From Pelagomonas calceolata (Eukaryota), in contig CAKKNE010000002.1 in assembly GCA_918797485.1 (NCBI GenBank), positions 3,410,001 through 3,474,000 on the forward strand: a stretch of 64,000 bases of DNA, in the 5' to 3' direction. Position numbers and translations under genes: made by a program. Position 1 is the stretch's first letter. Every line of letters starts with the position of its first letter. The notes beneath the pieces were generated by a model. That model saw only the letters and a list, made by a program, of their open reading frames with translations. It did no database searches and had not been told where the DNA came from. Shown here one piece after another: positions 1 to 9,630 of the stretch.

Positions 1-1147
1 TCGCGAAGAGCGCCGCGTCCGCGCGCGCGTCGAGCTCGAAGGCCTGGCGCGCCAGAATGACCTGCGCGGAGATCCGGTCGTTTCCCCGTGGCTGCGTCTG
101 TTCGATGGCGTGGACCTGGACACAGAGACAGACGGCGAGGCGCGCCTCGGTGGACAGCGGCAGCACGATGTCGCGGCGGTCGTAGGCGCGCTCGAGGTCG
201 ACGCGGACCGTCGCCGCGCCCGCCGCGGCGGCGACGGCGACGCGCTCCGCGTAGGCCTCGGGCGTCCAGCAGGCGCGGCCGTCGACGGCCCGGAGCACCC
301 AGCAGCCGTCGGCGCGGAGCGGCGAGCGCGCGAGCGCCGGGATGACATTGCGGACGACGGCCTCGCCGCGCGCGATCTCGGCGTCGAACGCGCGGCTCGC
401 GAGCCGAAGGCGCGCGGCGTCGCGCGGCGCGAGGTCGAAGCCGTGCGCGTCGCCGGCGGCCGCGGCCGCGGCCGCGAACGCGCCGATGAAGACGCCGTCC
501 GTCACGACGACGCCGGCCCGCGCCGCGTCGGCCTCGGTCGCGAGCGCGTGGAGCTCGGTCCGCCGCGGCTCGACGAAACGCGAACCGACGGCCAGCGTCG
601 CGGCGCGCCGCGCGACGGTCGCCGCGCCGCGGACGGCGGCGAGGTCGACCGGCGCCGCCTGCGGCGCGTCGGCGAGGCGCGTTCCGCGCCGCTTGAGCAC
701 GACGAGCGTGCAGCGCTCCGTGTCCGCGTGGAGCAGCCGGAGCGCCGCGCCCGGGGCGACCGCGGCCCGCCGCCGCGGCTCCGCGAGGCGCCGCCAGGCC
801 ACGTAGTCGCAGAGGCCGCGGCCGTTGAGCGCGCGGTCGGCGCGCGTCGCGGCCGGCGCCGTCGCCTCGAAGCGGCCGAGGTCGGCCGCGCTGAGCAGCG
901 GGAGCACCTTGTGCGTGAAGAGCGACGTGGCGCCGGCGGCGTGGATGCGGCCCAGCGCGCCGGCGCGGAACGCCGGCGCCGCGCCGACGCGGCGCGGTCG
1001 TCGTTTGCGCTGCGGTGGTCCGCGCGGCGTCGGCAGGGCCGCGACCAGTGCGGAGAATGGCCGGGCCGCGTCCCAGGCGGCCTCGTCGCGATTGCTCGTG
1101 GCATTGCTTCCGCCGTCTTCTATGACATTTGCGCCGCGCGTCGACAT
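1..1147 (-). CDS. Hypothetical protein, 3' end outside window; probable 54-nt phase-0 intron 115..62
   Basis: ATG at 1147 (MSTRGANVIEDGG...) opens a GC3-rich frame that runs off position 1 and so is absent from the ORF track. No family recognised. Confidence 0.6.
   Translation of the reverse strand, partial: MSTRGANVIEDGGSNATSNRDEAAWDAARPFSALVAALPTPRGPPQRKRRPRRVGAAPAFRAGALGRIHAAGATSLFTHKVLPLLSAADLGRFEATAPAATRADRALNGRGLCDYVAWRRLAEPRRRAAVAPGAALRLLHADTERCTLVVLKRRGTRLADAPQAAPVDLAAVRGAATVARRAATLAVGSRFVEPRRTELHALATEADAARAGVVVTDGVFIGAFAAAAAAAGDAHGFDLAPRDAARLRLASRAFDAEIARGEAVVRNVIPALARSPLRADGCWVLRAVDGRACWTPEAYAERVAVAAAAGAATVRVDLERAYDRRDIVLPLSTEARLAVCLCVQVHAIEQTQPRGNDRISAQVILARQAFELDARADAALFA
62..115 (-). 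other. Probable short spliceosomal intron carrying an introner-like motif
   Basis: CAG|GTCCACGCCATCGA...CCGCGCAG|GTC; in-frame, 54 nt; shares CCACGCCATCGA with the introner hairpin. Confidence 0.55.
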
Positions 1148-1590
1148 ACTGTTCGCTGGTGCAGCTATGAGCAACTGGTAGCGGATTAGTGCTCTTCCTT
1201 TTTTTTTACCCCTCACTTCCTTCTTCTTTACCTAGAGCTACCCTTCACCTCCTTCTTCGCATTAGACACTTGCTAGTGTCTTACAAGCGCTAGAGATAAG
1301 TTTTGTAGTTAGTTTCCGCCGCGAGGCTACGCGCGCGGGCACAAATCGACGCCACACGTTCGACAGCGCTCGCCGCCGCGTCTGCCCCGTTAACGGTACG
1401 AGTTTTGCGCCACTAGCATTTAAGCTGTTTTACGCCGCTCGTCAGAACGCTGTTCTTCGCCGCTCGTCCTCTACGCCCCCGTAAAAACGTTTCTCTCGCT
1501 CCCCGCGTTCCGATGAGCACCTTTTCAAAACCATCCGAGCCCACCTTGCCGCGAAACTGCCGCCGACACTAGGACCGTTTCGGACCCGCT

Positions 1591-1677
1591 CTAACCCGAC
1601 TCTCGCCCAACCCTAACCCTAACCCTAGTCTCATCCTAATCCTAACCCTTACTCGGACCGAATCCTAACCTCAACCT
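1591..1677. repeat. Degenerate interstitial (CCCTAA)n telomere-like tract
   Basis: ccaaccctaaccctaaccctag core plus variants cctaat, cctaac, ctcaac. Confidence 0.6.
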
Positions 1678-2361
1678 CGCGACAGATAAAAAAAAGTCGA
1701 GGCAGTCATTCCGATTCTGACTGCTCGACCACGTACCAAGGAGCGTGGAGCGCGTGGTTAAAGGAGGTTGCTTCATCAAACATTTCTCGCATATGCGTCA
1801 CATTGAGGCGGCCGTACCGCGACGCGCACGCGACGGGAGCAACCATGGAACCGTGGTACATGAGCCTGGGGCATGGGCTTGGCCACTTCGTGCCCTATTC
1901 CAAAACGCGTCTGCCGCGTACGCTCCGCGCCAGCCCCCACAGCACCTTCCCCCCTAGTAGCCAACTTCAAGTTGAACCTACATCCAACCTACGTAGCCTG
2001 ACGTAGGTACCTACGTAGGTACATTTGGAGAAGTTACCTACGTCAGGCTCCACCTACGGCCCGACCAGGACCAAGGCGCCTTGCTCACGATGAATTGTCA
2101 TCAGAGGGCTCCAGCTACCCGAAAAGAAGCTCTCACCGACGCCGTGCGCAGCATGGACGGAACTTCAGCGTCTCGACTTCAGCCTGCAGGCCCGGCTTCG
2201 ACCGGCGAAGGGAGGCAACAGGCTGAACGCACGCGGTCCAGGCGTCCTGCGAGACATCGTCCGGCAGTCGAGGGGGTCCCACGGCGACAAAACCGTACTC
2301 TTGTGAAGTACGCGGCCCCCTGTACCTATACGTGCAATCGATCACTCCATAGCTAGTACAA

Positions 2362-3843
2362 TCACTCCATAGCTACATTAACAGGCACGCGGGAGACGTC
2401 GTCGAGCTGCGAGTACTCCCCGAGGTCGTCGTCGTTGGAGTCGTCGTCGTCGTCTTGCGCGCCGAGCCGCTTCCGGAGCGCCGCGTTCGCGTCCACGAGG
2501 TGCTGGAGGACCGAGGTCCACGAGTCCGCCTCGGCGCGCGCGGCGGCGAGCGCCTCGAGCGCCGGCAGGGCCTCGGCCCGCAGGGCGGCCTCGGCGCGCC
2601 GCGCGTCGGGCCGCCGGCCGGCGCGCGCCACGGCGAAGGCGTCGCGGACGGCCCCGGCGCCGCCGCCGGCCGCCGCCACCCGCGCGGCTGCCGCGACGGC
2701 GCAGGCCGTCGCGGCGAGGTCCCCAGCGGCGGGCGCCGCCGCCGCCGCCGCCTCGAGCTCGCGGACGCGCCGCGTCGCGCGCTCGAGCTGCTCGTCCGGC
2801 GCGAGGTCGAGGCGCCGGACGGCGCGCAGGCGGACGCGCGCGCAGCGGCTCGCGAAGCGCAGCGTCGACGCGGACTCGGCCGCCGCGGCGCGGCCCGGCG
2901 CGAGCGCGGCGACGAGGGCCGTGCGCGCGCCGGGCACGCCGAGCGCGTCCCTCAATAATTTCGTCAGGACGGAGTCGCGGAAGGGGACGTGCGCCGCGCC
3001 GTCGGCGAGCGCCGCGACGACGTTGCCGAGGGCCGCGAGGCTCGCGTTGATGGCCCGGGCCTCGCGCAGCCGTACGCCCCGGCTGCCGGAGACGCGGTTG
3101 CGCTCGCTGCCCGCGAGGTCGACGACCCGCAGCGCCGCGCCGCCCGCGTCGACGACGAGGATCGTGTGCGAGCGCGACGACGTCGCGTTGAGTTTCGTGG
3201 CGGCCGTCGCGCGCCGCCGCAGGCCGTAGGCGACGAGGTCCAGCGCCTCCGCGAGGTCGCGCGCCGCGTAGGCCCGGAGCCCCTCGACCTCGAAGCCGCC
3301 TCGTGTATTCTCGCGCACGGGCAGGCCCTCTACGATGTCGGCGGGCCGCGGCGCCTTGGCGCTGAACGCCTCGTCGTGCCTCCGCCGCTCGACCTCCGCC
3401 GCGTCGCGCGGCGGCGCCAGCAGGTCCCGCACGCGCTCGTCGTAGATCTCCAGGAACGACATGACGACCTCGCCGGGCCGCGCCGCGAAGAGCCGCCGCA
3501 GGGCCCGCGGCACGACGCCGTCCCGGGCGCGCTCGACGTGGTCGGGCGCCTCGAGCACGCCGAGCGTGTGGCTCTTGCCGGCGCCCGTCTGGCCGTAGGC
3601 GACGACGGTGCCGTCGACGCCCGCGAGGACCGCGTCCACGACGTCCCGGGCGACGCCGTCGAAGAGCTCGGCCTGCGACGCGTGCGGGCCGAACGCGGCG
3701 TCGCAGCCGTGCTCGCAGACCGTCGCGGTCCGGGCGACCTCGAGGCGCACCGTCTCCTTATTGAGGACCGTCGCCGCGGCCTCCCGGGGCTCGCCCGCGA
3801 GCGGCGGCCGGATGCGCACGTAGACCGAGACGTCGCCGGGCAT
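2362..3843 (-). CDS. Kinesin motor protein
   Basis: VYVRIRP, P-loop GQTGAGKS, switch I NATSSRSH, switch II DLAGSE, HVPFRDSVLT, STLRFA. Confidence 0.93.
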   Translation of the reverse strand: MPGDVSVYVRIRPPLAGEPREAAATVLNKETVRLEVARTATVCEHGCDAAFGPHASQAELFDGVARDVVDAVLAGVDGTVVAYGQTGAGKSHTLGVLEAPDHVERARDGVVPRALRRLFAARPGEVVMSFLEIYDERVRDLLAPPRDAAEVERRRHDEAFSAKAPRPADIVEGLPVRENTRGGFEVEGLRAYAARDLAEALDLVAYGLRRRATAATKLNATSSRSHTILVVDAGGAALRVVDLAGSERNRVSGSRGVRLREARAINASLAALGNVVAALADGAAHVPFRDSVLTKLLRDALGVPGARTALVAALAPGRAAAAESASTLRFASRCARVRLRAVRRLDLAPDEQLERATRRVRELEAAAAAAPAAGDLAATACAVAAAARVAAAGGGAGAVRDAFAVARAGRRPDARRAEAALRAEALPALEALAAARAEADSWTSVLQHLVDANAALRKRLGAQDDDDDSNDDDLGEYSQLDDVSRVPVNVAME

Positions 3844-4026
3844 TTTGTTTGCGCGTGGGCAGCCTTTCGCTTGGGCACAAAGCTTTGAAAGCGCGCGCGA
3901 GAGCAGCGGGTTTTGCGCCCGTGGGATGTACTCCTTCTACGCGCGCCTCACCCGGGAGGGGTCCGGTTGCGACTGGGCGGACGTGGTTAATAGAACACTC
4001 GCGTTACGCGCGACCAGGAAACCCGC

Positions 4027-4395
4027 CTACTTCGCCTGCGGGTGGCTCGAGATGTACTCGACGGCGTCCGCCACGGAGAGGATCTTGTCCGCCTCCGCGT
4101 CCGGGATCTCGATGGCGAACTCCTCCTCGACGGCCATGACGACCTCGACGACGTCCAGCGAGTCGAGCGCGAGGTCCTTGAAGGCGACCGCCGGCGTGAC
4201 CAAGGAGGCGTCGACCTTGTCGAAGGTCTTGACGACGTCGAGGATGCGCGCCGTCGCCTCCTCCTTGTCCATGAACGCGTCGGCGCCTCCAGCCAGTGAC
4301 CGGAGGGCAAGGGTCGCCGCCCTGGGCGGCACTCGCCGCGCGAGCGCGCCGGCGCGCGCGCACGCACCAGCACGTGCTGCGGCGACTCGCAGCAT
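4027..4395 (-). CDS. Mitochondrial acyl carrier protein
   Basis: Arg/Ala-rich presequence; [26 protein letters not shown] with the phosphopantetheine-accepting Ser. Confidence 0.93.
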   Translation of the reverse strand: MLRVAAARAGACARAGALARRVPPRAATLALRSLAGGADAFMDKEEATARILDVVKTFDKVDASLVTPAVAFKDLALDSLDVVEVVMAVEEEFAIEIPDAEADKILSVADAVEYISSHPQAK

Positions 4396-4617
4396 CGCTC
4401 TCTTCCCTTTGCTCGCGGCTAGGCTAGCTAGCGCAAGAGTGAAGTGTGGTGGCGAGAGCGGCGGGTTTACAATCGCTAGCGTAAAGACACTAGCAAGCTC
4501 TCTCTGCTGGGCAAAAAGCGCTTGGTGTTGCTTTTATCGTTGCCATTTGCAAGTTGGATTTTGAAGCAGCTACCAGCTCGACGGGTTGCAAAGGTCAGCT
4601 CTGCGAGCACAGGCAAA

Positions 4618-5700
4618 ATGGCCGCCCTCCTCGCGGACAACCTGCCCGTCCCGCCGCCGAACGAGGCGCTGCTCGCGCTGGGCATCGAGGGCAGCGCCAA
4701 CAAGGTCGGCGTGGGTTTGATACGGTACGTGCCGGCCACGGGCGCCTACGACATCCTCGCGAACCCGCGCGAGACGTACGTGACGCCGCCGGGCACGGGC
4801 TTCCGGCCCCGCGAGACGGCGCAGCACCACCAGCGGCACGTCGTGCCGCTGGTCCAGAAATGTTTGCGCGAGGCCGGCGTCGACGCGTCCGAGATCGGCT
4901 GCGTGTGCTACACGCGCGGGCCCGGCATGGGCGGCCCGCTGCGGAGCTGCGCCGTGGCGGCGCGCGTGCTCGCGCGGCTGTGGCGCGTGCCCCTCGTGCC
5001 CGTGAACCACTGCGTGGCGCACATCGAGATGGGCCGCGTCGCGACCGACGTCAGCGACCCCGTCGTGCTGTACGTGTCGGGCGGCAACACGCAGGTGTTG
5101 GCGTTTTCGGGGCGGCGCTACTGCATTTTCGGGGAGACGATCGACATCGCGGTGGGGAATTGTCTGGACCGGTTCGCGCGGGTTTTGGGGTTGTCGAACG
5201 ACCCGTCGCCCGGCTACAACATCGAGAAGTGCGCCCGGGACGGGAAAAAGTTCGCGCCGCTGCCCTACGTCGTCAAGGGCATGGACGTGAGTTTTAGTGG
5301 TTTACTGACCTTCATCTCGCAGAACGCGCCCAAATTATTAGCAGGGGGGTACACGCCGTCGGATCTGTGCTACTCGCTCCAGGAGACGATCTTCGCCATG
5401 CTCGTCGAGGTGACGGAGCGGGCCATGGCGCACTGCGGCCGGAAGGACGTGCTGCTGGTCGGCGGCGTCGGCTGCAACCGGAGGCTGCAGGCGATGATGG
5501 CCGCGATGGCGCGGGGGCGGGGCGGCGCGTGCTGCGACATGGACCACCGCTACTGCGTCGACAACGGCGCCATGATCGCCCAGGCCGGCATCTTCGCGTT
5601 CCAGCACGGCTCCCGCGCGGCCTGGGCGTCGTGCGACTGCACGCAGCGCTTCCGCACCGACGAGGTCGAGGCCGTCTGGCGGCGGCCTACCGAGACTTAA
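4618..5700 (+). CDS. KAE1: tRNA t6A threonylcarbamoyltransferase Kae1/OSGEP
   Basis: [59 protein letters not shown] at 4618. Confidence 0.95.
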   Translation: MAALLADNLPVPPPNEALLALGIEGSANKVGVGLIRYVPATGAYDILANPRETYVTPPGTGFRPRETAQHHQRHVVPLVQKCLREAGVDASEIGCVCYTRGPGMGGPLRSCAVAARVLARLWRVPLVPVNHCVAHIEMGRVATDVSDPVVLYVSGGNTQVLAFSGRRYCIFGETIDIAVGNCLDRFARVLGLSNDPSPGYNIEKCARDGKKFAPLPYVVKGMDVSFSGLLTFISQNAPKLLAGGYTPSDLCYSLQETIFAMLVEVTERAMAHCGRKDVLLVGGVGCNRRLQAMMAAMARGRGGACCDMDHRYCVDNGAMIAQAGIFAFQHGSRAAWASCDCTQRFRTDEVEAVWRRPTET

Positions 5701-5710
5701 GCACATAAAA

Positions 5711-7243
5711 TTAGTAGTCGTAGGCGCCGTCGTACTTGTCGTCGTAGCCGTCGTCCCAGTCGTCTTCGTCGTAGTTCGCCTTCGGCTTCGGCGCCTTCTT
5801 CGAGGCTTTCGGAGGCGGCGGCGGCGGCGCCGACGCCTTCGTCGGTTTCGAACTGGGCTTCGCCGCCTTGGCGGCGGCGTCGGCGCGAGCCTTGCGGAGG
5901 CGCCCGACGAGGTCCGGCAAGTTGCCCTTCGCGGACCGTCCCAGCTTCGTCAGTTCCCTCCTCAATTCCTCCACGTCCAGGGACGCCGGGTCGTTTTCCG
6001 GCGGCGGCGGCAGGGGCGCCGGCGCCGGGCCCTTTCCCGCGTCCGGCCGGCGATCCACGATGTCCTGCAGGTCCGGGCACGGGTACCGCAGCGTCGCCGC
6101 GACGCCGCCGAGCTCGATCAGCTGGTCCGACGCGACGTGCCGCGCGGGGAAGTACAGGACCTCGGCGCCCTGCGCCGCGGCGCGCTCCACGAGGTCCAGG
6201 AACCGCTTCCTCCTCTCGACGTCGGGCGCCGCGCCCCGCAGGTTGTCGTCCACGACCATCAAGATGGCCAGGGCGTTGCGCTCCGCGGCCGCGGCCACGG
6301 CGTCGAGCGACGCGCACAGCACCCGGTCCGGGTCCTTCCGCTGGCAGCTCCGCCACGCCTCGAGCGCCGCGCAGTAGCGCGCCGCGGCCGTCGCCTCGAC
6401 GCGCTTCGCGACCGCTGGCACGGCCAGCACGGCCCGCAGCGCGTCCCGCGTCAGCCCCGCCGCGACCACGGGGTCCTCGGCGACGCACAGCCGCCCGCCG
6501 GCCGCCGCGCGCCGCAGGTGACCCACGTTCGCCGCGTCCGAGCTGCACGCCGCGGCCGGCGTGGTGTCCGTCCGCAGGAACTGCGCCACGTCGGCGGCGC
6601 CGCGGCCGCAGACCACGACGCACCGGACGACGTCCCAGCGCACGTGCGCCGCGAGCGCGTCGCGGCACCGGTGCAGGAACTTCGCCTTCTGCGCGTCGGC
6701 GCGCTTGCTCCGCGCGCCGTGCGTGCCCTTGGGCAGGGCGAGTTCCACCGACGCGGCCTGCTTCACCAGCCGCTCCGTGAGCACGAAGAGCTTCGCCCGG
6801 CACCGCTCCGCGTCCAGCAGCAGGCAGGCGAGGTCGGCCGTGCTCGCGGCGTCGGCCGCCCGCGCCAACGTCGCGCGCTGCGACGCGTCCCACGCGGCCT
6901 TGCGCAGCGAGACGCGCGCGCGGAGGCCGATCTGCAGCGTGTGGTGCGACCCGAGCTTGACGAGCTCGTGCTCCGTGCGCGTCGTGCCCGCGACGCGCAG
7001 CTCGTCGCCGGCGCCGTCGTAGTCGACGGCGTCCGCCGCGACCGTCAGCGTCATGTGCCGCTTCTCCGACGCCGCGCGCGGGTTGTCCCCCTTGACCTTG
7101 CGCGTCGTGTTGCACGAGACCTCGTCGCCCTTTTCGATCAACGAGTAGAGGGTCCACACGTCGTCCGCCTCCTCGACAAAGCAGGTGATCGAGGCCGCGG
7201 CCTCCGGCGCCAGGTCGGGTGGGAGGGGCTCCTCGAGCCGCAT
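5711..7243 (-). CDS. PELO: Pelota/Dom34-like protein with C-terminal SAP-like motif
   Basis: EEADDVWTLYSLI..GD, TTRKV, LRVAG, VKLGSHHTL, C-terminal QLIELGGVAATLRYP; extra tail LDVEELRRELTKLGRSAKGNLPDLVGRL. Confidence 0.85.
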   Translation of the reverse strand: MRLEEPLPPDLAPEAAASITCFVEEADDVWTLYSLIEKGDEVSCNTTRKVKGDNPRAASEKRHMTLTVAADAVDYDGAGDELRVAGTTRTEHELVKLGSHHTLQIGLRARVSLRKAAWDASQRATLARAADAASTADLACLLLDAERCRAKLFVLTERLVKQAASVELALPKGTHGARSKRADAQKAKFLHRCRDALAAHVRWDVVRCVVVCGRGAADVAQFLRTDTTPAAACSSDAANVGHLRRAAAGGRLCVAEDPVVAAGLTRDALRAVLAVPAVAKRVEATAAARYCAALEAWRSCQRKDPDRVLCASLDAVAAAAERNALAILMVVDDNLRGAAPDVERRKRFLDLVERAAAQGAEVLYFPARHVASDQLIELGGVAATLRYPCPDLQDIVDRRPDAGKGPAPAPLPPPPENDPASLDVEELRRELTKLGRSAKGNLPDLVGRLRKARADAAAKAAKPSSKPTKASAPPPPPPKASKKAPKPKANYDEDDWDDGYDDKYDGAYDY

Positions 7244-7402
7244 GGGTGCTTTGTAATCTGTGGTTCAACCGCTGCGCGCCTGTCGTTGCCTTCACAAAGC
7301 TAGCCGGTGTGTGCAGCTAGCGCATGAAGAACTAGCAGGGTGGCCCCGCACGCGCAGGGGGGGGTTTTGAGTATCAATTGTTCGTTCCCTCTTGTCTGAG
7401 GA

Positions 7403-8030
7403 TTGACTATCCGGCTCGAAACGACTCTGAGGCCCCCAAGTTTTGACATCTTTGGTGAAGTAACACTGAAGTTTGGTCTCCTCTCCGGGGATCTGCCGCG
7501 AACGTGGGGCCGGCCCGCGGAAGGACCGACGTTCCATCCGGACTTTCCCACCGAGTTCCGGCCTTCCCCCATCGCGGGCGTCGGCTGGTGGGCGACAGTA
7601 GACATCCCCAGGGGCACGCTGCTGCGCCGGCTCTCCGTCGCGGACGGCACGTTGGTGTGTTTCTCGAGCCGCGAGGACCTCGAGGAAGCCGGCTGGGACC
7701 TCGACGACGCTGTCAACTACGGCATCGGCCACTGGAGAGACCCGTCGGCGATATTCTTCCTTAACCCAGGCACGGCGGTGAATCACGCCGACAAGACGCG
7801 GGAGGCGGCCGTGATGTACAACCACGACGAGCCGAACGTCGGCGCACCGGCGTCCGTTCGCCCGTCGCCGCGCGGCGAGACTTATCCCCTCGCAGGTCCT
7901 CGAGCTGTACACGACGAAAGACGTCAAGGCCGGCGAGGAAATGCTCTGCGACTACGATCGCGACTACGCCCCCTGCCCCTGGTATGACGAGCTCCAGCGA
8001 TCGCGCGGCAACGTCCCCTCTCGCAGCTGA
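7403..8030 (+). CDS. SET-domain protein; intron 7838-7895; true start not found
   Basis: SPIAGVGWWATVDIPRG, AVNHAD; removing the GT..CAG intron gives VLELYTTKDVKAGEEMLCDY, stop 8028-8030. No in-frame ATG after the stop at 7397, so a 5' exon is probably missing. Confidence 0.7.
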
Positions 8031-8070
8031 ACGCTGAGATCGAGAAGATGTACCCCGAGTCCCCTTAACT

Positions 8071-9036
8071 TTAGGATACAGATATACAACCGAGACCGAG
8101 CCGCCGCAGCCCCCAATCCAGGAGCCGCCCCTCGTCGTCGGCCAATCCGTGGCCCGCGCCCGCGACGGCGACGGCCGAGGCGTCTGGGCGATCGAGCGCG
8201 GCGAGCGACCGGGCGGCCGCGGCGTGATCGATCGTCGCGTCGTCGGCGCCATTCACAAACAGGACGGGAAACGTCGTCGCGACGTGCTCATCGCTCGGCG
8301 GCGGCGCCATCCCGTTGACGCCGACGAAGCCGAGGACGCCCGGCGTGCGCAGCGCCGCCTCCAGGCCCACGAGGCAGCCCTCGGAGTAGCCGCCGACGAC
8401 GACCGACCGCCCTCGCTGGAGCTCCCTCCGTACCACGGCGACAACCTGCTCGCGCGCCGCACGGAGCGACCCCGTGGTCGGCGCCGCGCCTTCGTCTTCG
8501 TAGTCCAGCCAGGCGCTCCGGCAGCCGCCCCGCGGCCCCGCGCCCGGCAGGACGACGCGCAGCGCCCGCAGCGCGCCGCGCGTCCACCAAGCATCCCTTC
8601 GCGTCGCGTAGGTGCTCGGGAAGCCGTTGCGCCCGTGGAGGTAGACCAGCGTCGTCGCGCCGCCCGGGGCACCGACAATAACGCGCTCGGCGCGGCACGG
8701 GTCGAGCGACACGCGGGCGAGCCGGGCGACGTCGCAGCCCTCGGCGCGCAGGCGGCCCGCCGCCGCCGCGGTCGGGGCGGCACCCGCCTTCACCACGCGA
8801 TACGCAAGCTCGTGGCCGCGCACGGCGCGCGAGCAGGCGACGAGCTCGCCAAGCGTGCCGTGGCCGCCGGCGAGGTTGACAACGTCGCCGGGTGTCGCGA
8901 CGCGGCCGCGCGGCACCTCAAGAAGGGCGGCGCCGTAGTCGAGCTGGCGGGGCGGGAGCGGCGCCCAGCGCACCGCCGCCCGGACCTCCTCCAGCGTGAC
9001 TGCCTCTGCGGTTTCGGGCGCGTGTTTTCGCTTCAT
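8071..9036 (-). CDS. Phospholipase/carboxylesterase-type alpha/beta hydrolase
   Basis: VYLHG oxyanion motif, GYSEG nucleophile elbow, NGADD Asp, GAGHG His; ATG at 9036. Confidence 0.75.
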   Translation of the reverse strand: MKRKHAPETAEAVTLEEVRAAVRWAPLPPRQLDYGAALLEVPRGRVATPGDVVNLAGGHGTLGELVACSRAVRGHELAYRVVKAGAAPTAAAAGRLRAEGCDVARLARVSLDPCRAERVIVGAPGGATTLVYLHGRNGFPSTYATRRDAWWTRGALRALRVVLPGAGPRGGCRSAWLDYEDEGAAPTTGSLRAAREQVVAVVRRELQRGRSVVVGGYSEGCLVGLEAALRTPGVLGFVGVNGMAPPPSDEHVATTFPVLFVNGADDATIDHAAAARSLAALDRPDASAVAVAGAGHGLADDEGRLLDWGLRRLGLGCISVS

Positions 9037-9630
9037 CCTAGCTGTTGGCCGGTCCCGTCTCCACAGCACTCCAGGTTGGGATACACCACCAGCACTTGAT
9101 AAGTAGCGTTCGTCTAACCTTGCAGGTTTCAGATCTGCTGGCTGCGTCTTGACAGCAATTGAAAATCGCTGCGAATGAAATGAATGGATGAACAGAGGCG
9201 TCTGAAATTTCCAAATCGCTCGTCCGGCATTAAAAAACGCAATCCGCTGGCCATAGTGTCTTGTATAGGAGAGCAGCAAAACCTCCCCTTCCCTGCAAAC
9301 GATTTATTCTTACTGAGAGGAGTCACAGGAGCTCTTTTTAGAACGCAAGTCCAAAAACCACCGGGTTGCTAAAAAGGCCAGCGGCGTAGCTCTGTAACAA
9401 ACAGAGCCTGTGTGCTCTGAAGCGCCCGCGGGTCGGCCTTGGCCTTGTGCGTCAAATCAAATAGAGCGGCGTTCTTGCGCTGGGGAAAGCCATCCTTCAA
9501 TTGGTAGCGCCAGTCCTGCGCCGCACAACTGCGTAATTCATCCACCAGCGCCTACGTCGCGCACACATCGCGATACACCGGCGCCAACAACACGCTGCGT
9601 CGAGCCGAACGAGAGCAGCGCGGCAGCAGG

